A stretch of 64,000 nucleotides of DNA from an uncultured Actinomycetes bacterium (GTDB taxonomy: Bacteria; Actinomycetota; UBA4738; HRBIN12): the NCBI GenBank assembly GCA_963792215.1, contig CAWBVL010000001.1:385646-449645 (forward strand). The letters are read 5' to 3'. The position numbers were made by a program, and so were the translations under genes. This document shows positions 1-9,412 of this stretch, one piece after another. Numbering within the stretch: the stretch's first letter is position 1; every line of letters begins with the position of its first letter. The notes under the pieces are model-generated. The model ran no database searches, was not told the DNA's origin, and was given only the letters and a program-made list of their open reading frames with translations.

Positions 1-1312
1 GCGGGCGTCGCCACGCTGATCCTCCTCGCCGCGTGCACCGTGGGCGGCGGGGGAGGGCACCACAACCCGACGAACGCATCGGGATCCCCCAACGATTTCG
101 CGGTGCCGATCCCGCACGTCACGCCGGGCGGCGCGCCGACATTGCAGGCGGCGATCGCCAAGCTCTGTATCGCGCCGCCGACCGCCCACGGGACGCCCGC
201 TACCGGCACGCTTCCGCCTGACCTCGTCTCGATCGCGCAAGGGGTGGAGCAGGCGCGCGGCCACCAGTACAAGCACTATCCGCCGGCGACCGAGGTCTCG
301 AACAGCCAGATGGACCGCCGGCTGCTGAAGAACTTCCGGCAGACCACGTCTCGCGTGGCGGATGACCGCCGAACGGTCGCGTGGCGCACGATCGGTGTGA
401 TCGGTCCCCAGGACGACTTGTATCGCGCTTATCGCGCCTTCACCACGGGCCAAGTGGTCGGCTACTACGACCCGGAGACCGGCGACCTCGTGTACCTCGG
501 GTCGGGCAGCCTCGACTTCTCGGAGCGGTTCACGCTCGCGCACGAGCTCACGCACGCGCTGGACGACCAGACGTTCGATCTCACGCGGCTCGATCCGCTC
601 ACGGCGCACTGTCAGGACGACCGAGCGCAAGCGGCGCTCGGTCTCGTCGAAGGCAGCGCGCAGTACTTCGCAGCCGTCGCCGTCGCGCAGAACCCCTCGA
701 TCGACTTAGGCGACCTGCTCAAGGCGATCGCCGATGCGGCGAGCAGCGGCAACCCGCCGCCGGGAGTGCCGCAGTTCGTCTTCGCATCAGCAGCTCTGGC
801 CGTATTCGACCGGAGAGACGTTCGTCGCGTCTCTCGTCGGTTCGGGCGGGACCGGAGCCGTCGATCACGCATTCGAGCACTTCCCCGTCTCGACCGAGCA
901 GGTGATCGATCCCGCGACCTATCCGTCGGACAGGCCTGCTCCCGTGCTGATCCCCGACGTCTCCGCAGCGCTCGGGCCACAATGGGGCGACCTCGACGCG
1001 ATGACGATCGGGGAGGAGTGGCTCCGCGGCATGCTGGCGCTTCGTGACGGCGTGTCGACGGACGCCGCCACGGGGTGGTCGGGAGGCGGGTACCGTGCCT
1101 TCAGCGACGGCCACGATGTCGTCGTCGTCTTGCGCACACGATGGGACGAGCCGGATCGAGCGGCAACCTTCGCCTCAGCGTTGCAGGAGTGGAGCGCAGC
1201 CCGCACGCCCGCGCCTGCGATCACGACGTCCGGCGATGAGGTCACGGCCGTGTTCGGCACCAGCGCGCCGGTCATCGCGACCGCGAGCAAGGGACTCGGC
1301 CAACAGGGCTGA
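1..1312 (+). pseudogene. Secreted HExxH zinc-metallopeptidase lipoprotein. The 5' end lies outside the window and there is one apparent frameshift near 788.
   Basis: The reading frame is open from base 1 (AGVATLILLAAC lipobox-like signal end). The HELTHAL motif is present. The frame-1 ORF 40..1047 turns into Arg-rich junk after ...GVPQFVFAS, while ORF 734..1312 continues sensibly (QQLWPYSTGETFVASLVGSGG...). Confidence 0.6.
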
Positions 1313-1453
1313 CCCGCCCGGCGTCAAGCGCCCCGGTGACTTCGCCGACGCCCGTCCTGGAGGCGGTGTTCCTTCGAACCGGAACCTTCCGGGGGCCGAA
1401 GAAGTCACACCGAACGGACTTCGGCCCACGGAGTGTGTGGCGCAAGGAACGAG

Positions 1454-1788
1454 ATGCGCTTCGTCCATCGGCGCAACGGCATCGCGATCACCCCGCACCT
1501 GAGCTTGATGCAGGTCCACGGCGCCGCGTGCGCGGCGATGGCGGGGGAGACCATCGACGCTGCGTATCTCCGCTGCGGGATCCAGACAGCGACCGCTCGC
1601 GCAGCCGACATCGTCGAGGTGCAGGCGCAGTTCCTCGAGACCGATCCCGATGCCTACGAGCGGTTCGTCGCAGATTCGGCGGCGCAGGCCCGGTCCGGGG
1701 TGTGGTCGACGGGCACTACCTGAACGTGCCCAACGGCGTCCGGCCGAACGTCGCCATCTCCTTCGCTCGGGACGTGCTGGCGAGCTAG
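1454..1788 (+). pseudogene. Hypothetical protein with an apparent frameshift at G run 1697-1700.
   Basis: ATG 1454 is preceded by AAGGA. ORF 1433..1723 ends ...AAQARSGVWSTGTT*. The neighbouring frame continues VVDGHYLNVPNGVRPNVAISFARDVLAS* to 1788. I recognise no family. Confidence 0.3.
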
Positions 1789-1791
1789 CCC

Positions 1792-1917
1792 TCACTCGCC
1801 GACGCTGCGGGTGACCGTTCCCTTCTTCGCCTTCTTCTCGGCCCGCTTCTCCTTGACGCTCTTCTGGGCCTTCTTCTTGACGTTCTTGCTCGCGCCCTTG
1901 TCCTTCGCGTGCGCCAT
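1792..1917 (-). CDS. Small lysine-rich basic protein (41 aa).
   Basis: Sequence [49 protein letters not shown] site lies 6 nt upstream of the ATG (cat at 1915-1917). It is divergent from ppdK. Confidence 0.6.
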
Positions 1918-2042
1918 GGATGCCTCCTCGGGCTTGGGGTTCGTGGGCCCAAGCCTACCCCGAGCAGCCAGGCTGCCCGGCGGGCAACCGGCCTGCGCAT
2001 AGACTGGAGGTTCCGACCGATCGACGTTTCCGGAGGCATGCG

Positions 2043-4765
2043 GTGACCAAGTACGTCTACGACTTCTCCGAGGGCAACAAGGACATGAAGGACCTCCTCG
2101 GCGGCAAGGGGGCCAACCTCGCGGAGATGACCAACATGGGGCTGCCGGTGCCGCCGGGTTCACGATCACGACCGAGGCGTGCCTCACCTACCTCGCCGAG
2201 GGCGGCCATCCCGCCGGGCTGCTGAACGAGGTCGGACGACGCACCTTGCCTCGCTCGAGGCGGCGATGGGCAAGACGCTCGGCGACCCTGAGCGATCCGC
2301 TGCTCGTGAGCGTTCGCTCGGGGCGCGAAGTTCTCGATGCCCGGGATGATGGACACGGTCCTGAACCTCGGGCTGAACGAGGATTCGGTCCGAGGGCTCG
2401 CCGCGCAGACCGGCGGCGACTTGCGGTTCGCGCGCGACGCCTACCGGCGATTCATCCAGATGTTCGGCAAGATCGTGATGGACGTGCCGGCCGACGCGTT
2501 CGAGCACGCCCTCGACGAGGCGAAGGCCGCGAAGGGCCCGGATGCGCAGGACACCGATCTCGACGCCGACGACCTGTCGGCGCTGATCGAGCGGTTCCAG
2601 GCGATCTACCGCGAGCACACGGGCGAGGACGTTCCCGCAGGACCCGAAGGACCAGCTGCGCCTGGCGATCGACGCCGTGTTCAAGAGCTGGAACGGCAAG
2701 CGCGCCATCGACTACCGGCGCCAGAACAAGATCAGCGACGACCTCGGCACCGCCGTGAACGTCGTCGCGATGGTGTTCGGCAACCGCGGCGACGACTCCG
2801 GCACCGGCGTCGCGTTCACGCGCGACCCGTCGACCGGCGAGAAGGTCCCGTACGGCGACTACCTGTCGAACGCGCAGGGCGAGGACGTCGTGGCGGGCAT
2901 CCGCAACACGCTGCCGCTCGCCGAAGCTCGAGGAGCTCGACCCCGCCTCGTACGAGGGGCTGCGCGCGGTGATGGACACGCTCGAGGGCCACTACCGCGA
3001 CATGTGCGACATCGAGTTCACGATCGAGAAGGGACAAGCTCTGGATCCTGCAGACGCGGATCGGCAAGCGCACGGCGTTCGGCGAATGGGTGATGGCCTA
3101 CGACATGCTCGACGAGGGTCTGATCGACGAGGACAAGGCGCTGCTGCGTGTCGACGCGAACCGGCTGGAGGAGCTGTTCAAGCGGCGCGGGTCGAGGCCG
3201 ACGGCGCGGGCGCGATCGCGAAGGGCCTGAACGCGTCGCCGGGCGCGGCGACCGGGCGCGGTGGTGTTCAGCGCCGACGAGGCCGAGCGCTGGGCGAAGG
3301 ACGACGGCGCGAGCGCGTGATCCTCGTCCGGCGCGAGACGACGCCGGACGACTACCACGGCATGATCGCCGTCGCAGGGCATCCTGACCAGCGCCGGCGG
3401 GACGAACTCGCACGCGGCGGTCGTCGCGCGCGGCGAGGGCATCCCGGCCGTCTGCGGCGCCGACGCGATCAAGCTCGACATGAGGCGACGAGCGTTCACG
3501 CGCGAACGGCACGACCGTGCGCGAGGGCGACACCATCACGATCGACGGGTTCACCGGCAACGTGTACGTGGGCGAGCTGCCGCTTGACCGACTCGCGTGC
3601 TGGAGAAGGCGCGGCAGGGCGACGAGGCGGCGCGGCAGGAGCCGATCTGGAAGGCGTTCGAGCGGCTGATGCGGGTCGCCGACGACCGCCGGCGCCTGCG
3701 GGTGCGGGCGAACGCCGACACGCCGGACCAGTCGACGAACGCGCGGGAGCGCGGCGCGGAGGGCATCGGCCTGTGCCGGACCGAGCACATGTTCCTGGGC
3801 GCGGAGCGGGTCGCTCGCGGTGCGGCAGATGATCTTCGCCGAGACCGCGCGAGGAGGAGCAGGCGGCGTACGACGCCCTGCTGCCGCTGCAGCGCGGCGA
3901 CTTCGTCGGCATCTTCCGGGCGATGGACGGGCTGCCGGTGACGGTGCGCCTGCTCGACCCGCCGCTGCACGAGTTCCTGCCCGACCTGGCGGAGCTGTCG
4001 GTCGAGGTCGCGCTCGGCCGCGGAGCGCGGCGAGGACGTGCCGGAGCAGGAGACGCGTCCTGGCGAAGGTGCGACGAGCTGCACGAGACGAACCCGATGC
4101 TCGGCCTGCGCGGCGTGCGCCTGGGCATCGTGAAGCCCGGGCTGTACGCGATGCAGGTGCGCGCGATCGTCGAGGCGGCGTGCGAGGTGCGCGCAGGAGG
4201 GCGGCGACCCGCAGGTCGAGATCATGATCCCGCTGGTCGGCGACGGCGCCGCGAGCTGCAGCAGATGCGCGCCGAGCTCGAGCCGGTCGCCGCCGAGGTG
4301 CTCGACGCGCGAGGGCGTCGAGCTGACGCACCTCGAGTGGGGCACGATGATCGAGCTGCCGCGGGCGGCGGTGACCGCCGGCGAGATCGCCGAGCGCGCC
4401 GACTTCTTCTCGTTCGGCACGAACGACCTGACGCAGACGGCGTTCGGGTTCAGCCGCGACGACATCGGCAAGTTCGTGGCGATGTACGAGGAGCGCAAGC
4501 TCGTGCCGGCGAACCCGTTCGTCACGATCGACCGCGCCGGGCGTCGGGCGCCTGATGCGGATCGCGTGCGAGGAGGGCCGGGCGGCGAACCCGACGCTCC
4601 ACCTCGGCATCTGCGGCGAGCACGGCGGCGACCCGGCCAGCGTCGGTGTTCTGCCACGAGCTCGGGCTGGACTACGTGAGCTGTTCGCCGTTCCGCGTGG
4701 AGACGGCGCGGCTGGCGGCGGGCCAGGCCGCGGTGGGAGGCTTCGCCGAGTCCGCATCGAAGTGA
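2043..4765 (+). pseudogene. ppdK: Pyruvate phosphate dikinase, interrupted by about 20 or more frame changes.
   Basis: GTG 2043 follows GGAGG. PPDK motifs are spread over all three plus frames:
- [10 protein letters not shown]
- SMPGMMDTVLNLGLN
- GTAVNV
- TGVAFTRDP
- GEDVVAGIR
- [19 protein letters not shown]
- ASPGAATG
- ILVRRETTPDDYHGM
- GILTSAGGTNSHAAVVARG
- CRTEHMF
- RLLDPPLHEFLP
- NPMLGLRGVRL
- IMIPLVG
- GTMIELPRAA
- [11 protein letters not shown]
- [10 protein letters not shown]
- [10 protein letters not shown]

The length is 2723 nt, which is not a multiple of 3. Confidence 0.9.
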
Positions 4766-5384
4766 TGTTTCTCGGCGGATCAGCGGACCTCTTCCAGGAG
4801 TCGATACCGCGCTCGCGAGGTGACCGCGGCAGAGCGTCTGCTCATCGCGCAGCAAGAGGTGCAAGCTGCCAAGGTCGGGGCGGCACGGACCCGATGGCTG
4901 GCCACTACCACGCTGAGCCAATGTTCTCGGCGGCGTGGCGCGATCGGAAACGTCGACGGAAACCGGCGTCGTAACCGTTGAGGTGTTCGTGACCGCGGCC
5001 GTGACCGACACCTCGCTCGTATTCCTCGTCGATCGCGCGGACGGACCCAGCCGGGCTCGCCCGTCCAGGTCGGGTCGACGGTCGTGTCGCGATCTCCGAC
5101 GGGAGGTGTTCTATCTCAACGGGCATGGCGTCCCGCGTCCGGCGGCTGAACCGATCGACCCGGAGCCGGAGGTGGTCCTCGCGATCGCGTGGCGGGATGC
5201 AGACGGCACGGTGGCCGGCAACGGCTCGGCAATCTTCGGTTCGCGTGGGAGGCATGGCCGAGGCGGTGGACCAGCTCGGGCGGCAGCGGCCACCGGATCA
5301 GCCGCTGATGTGAGTCTCGCACCATACCGGATGTCTGCGCTCGTAGGCTGCACGGTCCTCCCTCCTCCCCATTGAGGAGGTGTC

Positions 5385-6005
5385 ATGCGGATCCTTCGGA
5401 TGCCGACGCGTGTCATACGCGCCGGCGCGCTGGTGGTTGCTGCGATCTGTGCCTTCGCGATCGCGCACGCCGCTGGGGTCGCGTCCGCGTCGCCGATCGA
5501 CATCTGGGTGCACGACCACTCGAGCGACGTGATCAAACCGCGGCCCGACGGGCTGGCCGAGATCCAGATCACGTTCGGGCCCGTGTGCGGCGACAACTCG
5601 AACGGCGCGAGGTCGTACTGGCCGTCGCAGGACGCGAACGGTCCCGGATACGTCTACTACGACCCATATATCGGCAAGAACGTGGGCGGCAACATCCGCG
5701 GGCACGTCCAGTACGACCACAAGGACGACGCCGTTCGGTATCTGGTCGGCGGTTACAACTGCCGGTACATCTCGGGCACGACGGAGTGGTCGCTGCACGC
5801 GTGGGGCGCCGCGGTCGACACCAACAGTGCGACCAACCCTGTCGGACAAGATCACTGGAACGGTGTCGGCTCCGACGGCAAGAAGTACGGCACATACCTC
5901 CCCGATGTCTGGGCCGGCCCGTATCCGGGTCACAAGTTCTTCTGGGGCCTCAACTGGCCCAGCAAGCCCGACCCGATGCACTTCCAGTACGCAACCGGCT
6001 ACTAA
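5385..6005 (+). CDS. Secreted M15-family (VanY / L,D-peptidase-like) zinc peptidase.
   Basis: GAGGAGG lies upstream. It has a signal peptide. The SLHAWGAAVDTN ... KPDPMHFQY pattern matches the H-x-x-x-x-x-x-D ... H metal-site pattern of peptidase M15. Confidence 0.75.
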   Translation: MRILRMPTRVIRAGALVVAAICAFAIAHAAGVASASPIDIWVHDHSSDVIKPRPDGLAEIQITFGPVCGDNSNGARSYWPSQDANGPGYVYYDPYIGKNVGGNIRGHVQYDHKDDAVRYLVGGYNCRYISGTTEWSLHAWGAAVDTNSATNPVGQDHWNGVGSDGKKYGTYLPDVWAGPYPGHKFFWGLNWPSKPDPMHFQYATGY

Positions 6006-6017
6006 GCGGGAGGTTCG

Positions 6018-7269
6018 ATGCGAACGAGATCGTTGATCGTCGCCGCCCTGTGCGGTGTCACCATCCTTGGGTGGGCATTGGGGCGTGGCTCCGGGCCGGC
6101 CGTTGCCGCACGTGAATGTCCGGCCGATGTCGGCGCGGCCGATCGAAGCGCCGGCGTCGCCGCCGTGCAGAAGGGACAACTGATCGGCGTCGGCGCCTCG
6201 GGTGTCGGAGCACGGCTCGGGTCGAGCGCCGTCGCACGTCAGGTCGCGACCAACGGCGGTGGAACCGCCTATGTGGAAGACCGGCAGGGCGCCGACGCGA
6301 TCGTCCTCACGACCCCGGATGGTTCGCGGGTCTTGCCGCAATCCGGTGAGGCCTATCACCCGACGTTGTCGGCGCGTGGTTCCGTCGCGTGGGGCGTCGA
6401 CGATCGGCTCGTCGTGCGGTCGACATCCGGTACGCGAACGATCGCTGGGCCCGAGCCTGGCGGCATCGTGTTCGCGCCGATGTACGTCGGACCCGACATC
6501 GTCGCCGCGGTTTCAGCGGCACCGAGGACGGCCGTGCCGGAGGACGAGTGGTCCGACGACCTCTGGCTGCTTCGGAGCGGACGGTGGCATCGGCTCACGG
6601 CGTTCGCGGCGGGGACCGATCGGTGGACGGCGATCCGAACGCCGTTCCTTGCGGCGGACGGTTCGGTCTGAGTTCGTCATCGTCCAGGGCCGGGGATCGC
6701 AGGACACGATGCCGACGTTCACGCTGTGGCGACTGCGCGGCACGAGCGTGCACCGCGTCGCGGCGCTCGACGGCGAGCGCTATCTCGCCGGGTATGCGCC
6801 GGACGGCGCGCGACTGTGGAACGTGCCGGACCGTGCGACCGAGACATGGCTGATCCAACGTGACACGCCCAACGGGCTGCAAACCGTTGGCTGTGGAGCG
6901 GTGGCGGTCGATCCGATGGACGTACCCGACCCGGATCGGACGGGGCACGCGGCACCGGCTCCCCGGGTTCGATCGACCGAGCGGACGGCGCCGACCGACC
7001 CCGGCGACCCGATGGAGGCGGCCCTGTTGATCGGCGACTTCCCGACGCAGCTCGCGGCCGACGTCGTCGCGCAGCAGGTCACGGGCACCTATGCGGGCAG
7101 CATGCCGGTAGACGTCGTCCAGGGAGGTCGCGGTTCGACGATCGTGCAGCCCGATCGGTGGGCGATCGTGGTTCGTCTTCCCGCGACAACCGATGGGAGC
7201 GCCGAGCTTGCGACGCTGCAGGCGAAGCTGCCCGACTACGCTGATCACATGTGGGTGGTCGTCCCGTGA
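6018..7269 (+). pseudogene. Secreted TolB-like propeller protein with a SPOR-like C-terminal domain. It is either one gene with a frameshift near 6668 or two genes (6018..6671 and 6709..7269).
   Basis: It has a signal peptide. The PD40-like repeat ...TPFLAADGSV* continues in the next frame as EFVIVQGRG...TFTLWRLRG. The C-terminus (LLIGDFPTQLAADVVAQQV...WAIVVRLPATTDGSAELATLQAKL) looks like a SPOR fold. An alternative ATG at 6709 has a weak AGGA site. Confidence 0.5.
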
Positions 7270-7700
7270 ACGGGCACGCCTCATCACTCGTTCGGTGGAT
7301 CGGTGTCATCTTTGTGGTGGGTCTGACGGCATGCGCGTCCGGGACAAGTCCGGCGGAGTCGACCGTGGGGTCGCCTCTTTCAGCGACGGCGACGGGATCG
7401 GTGCGCTCCCCGGCGATCGGTGAGCCGACCGGGACGTGGGTCGCCGTGCTCGATACAGCTGCTGACCCCAGCCGGCTCAACGATGCTCGGAAGGATGTCC
7501 TCCGTGAGCTCGGCAACGTGCTCGAAGGCTCCGTCGTGATCTCACCCGGTGCTTGTCTCGAGGGATTGCCTGACGAGCTCTCCGACGGGTACGTGCTGGC
7601 GATCCAGCGTGAAACTCGAGAGGACGTGCGGGCGCTGGTGTCGTTGCTGTCTCAGGAACCCTCGTTCACAGGCGATGTCACGATCCTGTGCTCAGATTGA
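7266..7700 (+). CDS. Lipoprotein, function unknown.
   Basis: GTG 7266 overlaps the upstream stop (GTGA). The lipobox is VVGLTAC. Confidence 0.55.
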   Translation: MNGHASSLVRWIGVIFVVGLTACASGTSPAESTVGSPLSATATGSVRSPAIGEPTGTWVAVLDTAADPSRLNDARKDVLRELGNVLEGSVVISPGACLEGLPDELSDGYVLAIQRETREDVRALVSLLSQEPSFTGDVTILCSD

Positions 7701-7754
7701 CGTAGGCGATTCGCACGGGGGCGGCGCTTCGCGCCGCGCCCGTAGCATCGCTTC

Positions 7755-8366
7755 GTGGGCTGGTTCCGCAGACACCCGGTCTGGACCGTCGTCTTCCTCG
7801 TCGCCTTCATCGCATCCGTGCTGGTGGGCGGCTCTGCCGTCACGGTCTGGCGTGCCGCGCATCACGATGGTGCTGCTGACGTCCAGCGCGCAGATGCGAT
7901 CGTCGTGCTCGGCGCAGCGCAGTACAACGGCGTGCCGTCTCCGGTCTTCCAAGGACGGCTCGACCACGCTGTGTTGTTGTGGAACCAAGGACGAGCGGAT
8001 CTCGTGATCACCGTGGGCTCGAACCAGCCGGGCGACCGCTATACGGAGGCCGGTTCGGGCGCCGCGTATCTGGCGCAACACGGCGTGCCTGCCGACAAGA
8101 TCGTGGCGCTCCCCATCGGACACACGACGTATCAGAGCCTGCAGGCCGCGACGAACGAGATGGCGCACCGCGGCCTCGACTCGGCGTTCCTCGTCTCGGA
8201 CCCGTGGCACAACGCACGGCTCGACGCGATGGGAAGCGACCTCGGCATCGAGGCGTATCCGTCGGCGACCTGGACCTCGGCCGACACGTCGGTGATCACG
8301 CGTGGCAAGGAGTACGCGAGAGAGACGTTCGCATACCTCTATTACCGCCTCTTCGGCGGCAGCTGA
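7755..8366 (+). CDS. YdcF/ElyC (DUF218) family envelope protein.
   Basis: N-terminal TM helix. Contains AIVVLGAAQYNG...RLDHAVLLW...VITVG...TTYQSL...FLVSDPWH, which is typical of DUF218. Confidence 0.75.
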   Translation: MGWFRRHPVWTVVFLVAFIASVLVGGSAVTVWRAAHHDGAADVQRADAIVVLGAAQYNGVPSPVFQGRLDHAVLLWNQGRADLVITVGSNQPGDRYTEAGSGAAYLAQHGVPADKIVALPIGHTTYQSLQAATNEMAHRGLDSAFLVSDPWHNARLDAMGSDLGIEAYPSATWTSADTSVITRGKEYARETFAYLYYRLFGGS

Positions 8367-8390
8367 GCTGCGTCGGAGAGCGCCGGTACC

Positions 8391-9401
8391 ATGGCTCGAG
8401 TGGAAGCCCCCCGTGAACGCACCGAGCGCATCGAACGCGACACGTTGTCGCCGTTCGCGGTGCGTTCCGCGGAGTCCAAAGGCCGGGAGCGCACAGAGGC
8501 GCTCGATCCGTTGCGCACGTGCTTCCAGCGCGACCGTGATCGGATCGTCCACGCTAAGGCGTTCCGTCGCCTGAAGCACAAGACCCAGGTCTTCCTCGCG
8601 CCGGAGGGCGATCATTACCGTGTCCGTCTGACCCACACGCTCGACGTCAGCCAGATCGCCCGGACCGCCGCGCGTGCGATCGGCCTGAATGAAGACCTCA
8701 CCGAGGCGATCTCCCTCGGTCACGATCTCGGTCACACACCGTTCGGCCATCTTGGCGAGCAGGCGCTCACGCCGATGCTCGAACGGCCGTTCCGGCACTC
8801 CGAGCAGTCGCTGCGGGTCGTCGACTACCTCGAGAACGACGGGGAGGGGCTCAACCTCAGCTGGGAGGTGCGCGACGGCATCCTGCACCACCCATGGTCG
8901 ATGCCCGCGCCCTCGACCCTCGAGGCACAGGTCGTGCGGTTCGCCGATCGGATCGCCTACGTCAACCACGATGTGGACGACGCGATGCGGGCCGGGGTGC
9001 TCGACCCCAAGGAGCTCCCGGCGCAGGGGATCGAGGTCCTCGGCGAGAGCCACGCCGAGCGGATAAACACGCTGGTGACCGACCTGGTCGCGGCCAGCAC
9101 GGACGCCGCCGAGGTCCGGCTGTCCCCGCCGGTCTTCCGGGCGCTCGACGGGCTCCGCGACTTCCTATTCGCCGAGGTCTACCTGCGCACCGCGGCGGGG
9201 GACGAGCACGACCGGGCGATCAAGCTCCTGCGCGAGCTCTTCGCGTACTACCACGACCATCCGGACGAGCTTCCCCCCGAGTACCACCGGGTTCCCGGCG
9301 ACCTCGCCACCCGCGTGGCAGACTTCATCGCCGGCATGACCGACCGATACGCCGTCCGTACCTACGAGCAGCTCTTCCTTCCCCGGGGTTGGCTCCTGTA
9401 G
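8391..9401 (+). CDS. dgt: dGTP triphosphohydrolase-like HD-domain protein.
   Basis: RDRDRIVHAKAFRRLKHKTQVF, RLTHTLDVSQIAR and HDLGHTPFGH motifs. It sits immediately upstream of dnaG. Confidence 0.85.
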   Translation: MARVEAPRERTERIERDTLSPFAVRSAESKGRERTEALDPLRTCFQRDRDRIVHAKAFRRLKHKTQVFLAPEGDHYRVRLTHTLDVSQIARTAARAIGLNEDLTEAISLGHDLGHTPFGHLGEQALTPMLERPFRHSEQSLRVVDYLENDGEGLNLSWEVRDGILHHPWSMPAPSTLEAQVVRFADRIAYVNHDVDDAMRAGVLDPKELPAQGIEVLGESHAERINTLVTDLVAASTDAAEVRLSPPVFRALDGLRDFLFAEVYLRTAAGDEHDRAIKLLRELFAYYHDHPDELPPEYHRVPGDLATRVADFIAGMTDRYAVRTYEQLFLPRGWLL

Positions 9402-9412
9402 CCGGGGGACCT

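Noticed and set aside
3018-4757. Very long antisense or overlapping ORFs. Examples: 3018..4757 -, 7692..9053 -, 9362..11062 -, 11205..12515 -, 17655..18602 -, 18221..19396 -, the upstream part of 24861..27383 -, 31245..32375 -, 39643..40959 -, and 50051..51616 +.
   Set aside because: - Their translations are Arg/Pro/Ala/Gly-rich low-complexity sequence.
- They lie opposite genes with clear family motifs.
- They have no RBS.
- This is the usual stop-codon-poor artefact of high-GC DNA.
2043-4765. Programmed ribosomal frameshifting or transcriptional slippage as an explanation for the ppdK frame changes.
   Set aside because: About 23 switches in both directions, with no shared slippery heptamer or downstream structure, is incompatible with any known recoding mechanism.
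6668-6711. Treating 6018..6671 and 6709..7269 firmly as one frameshifted gene.
   Set aside because: The PD40-like repeat continuing across the stop favours a frameshift. But a separate ATG with a weak AGGA site exists at 6709, so both models remain open.
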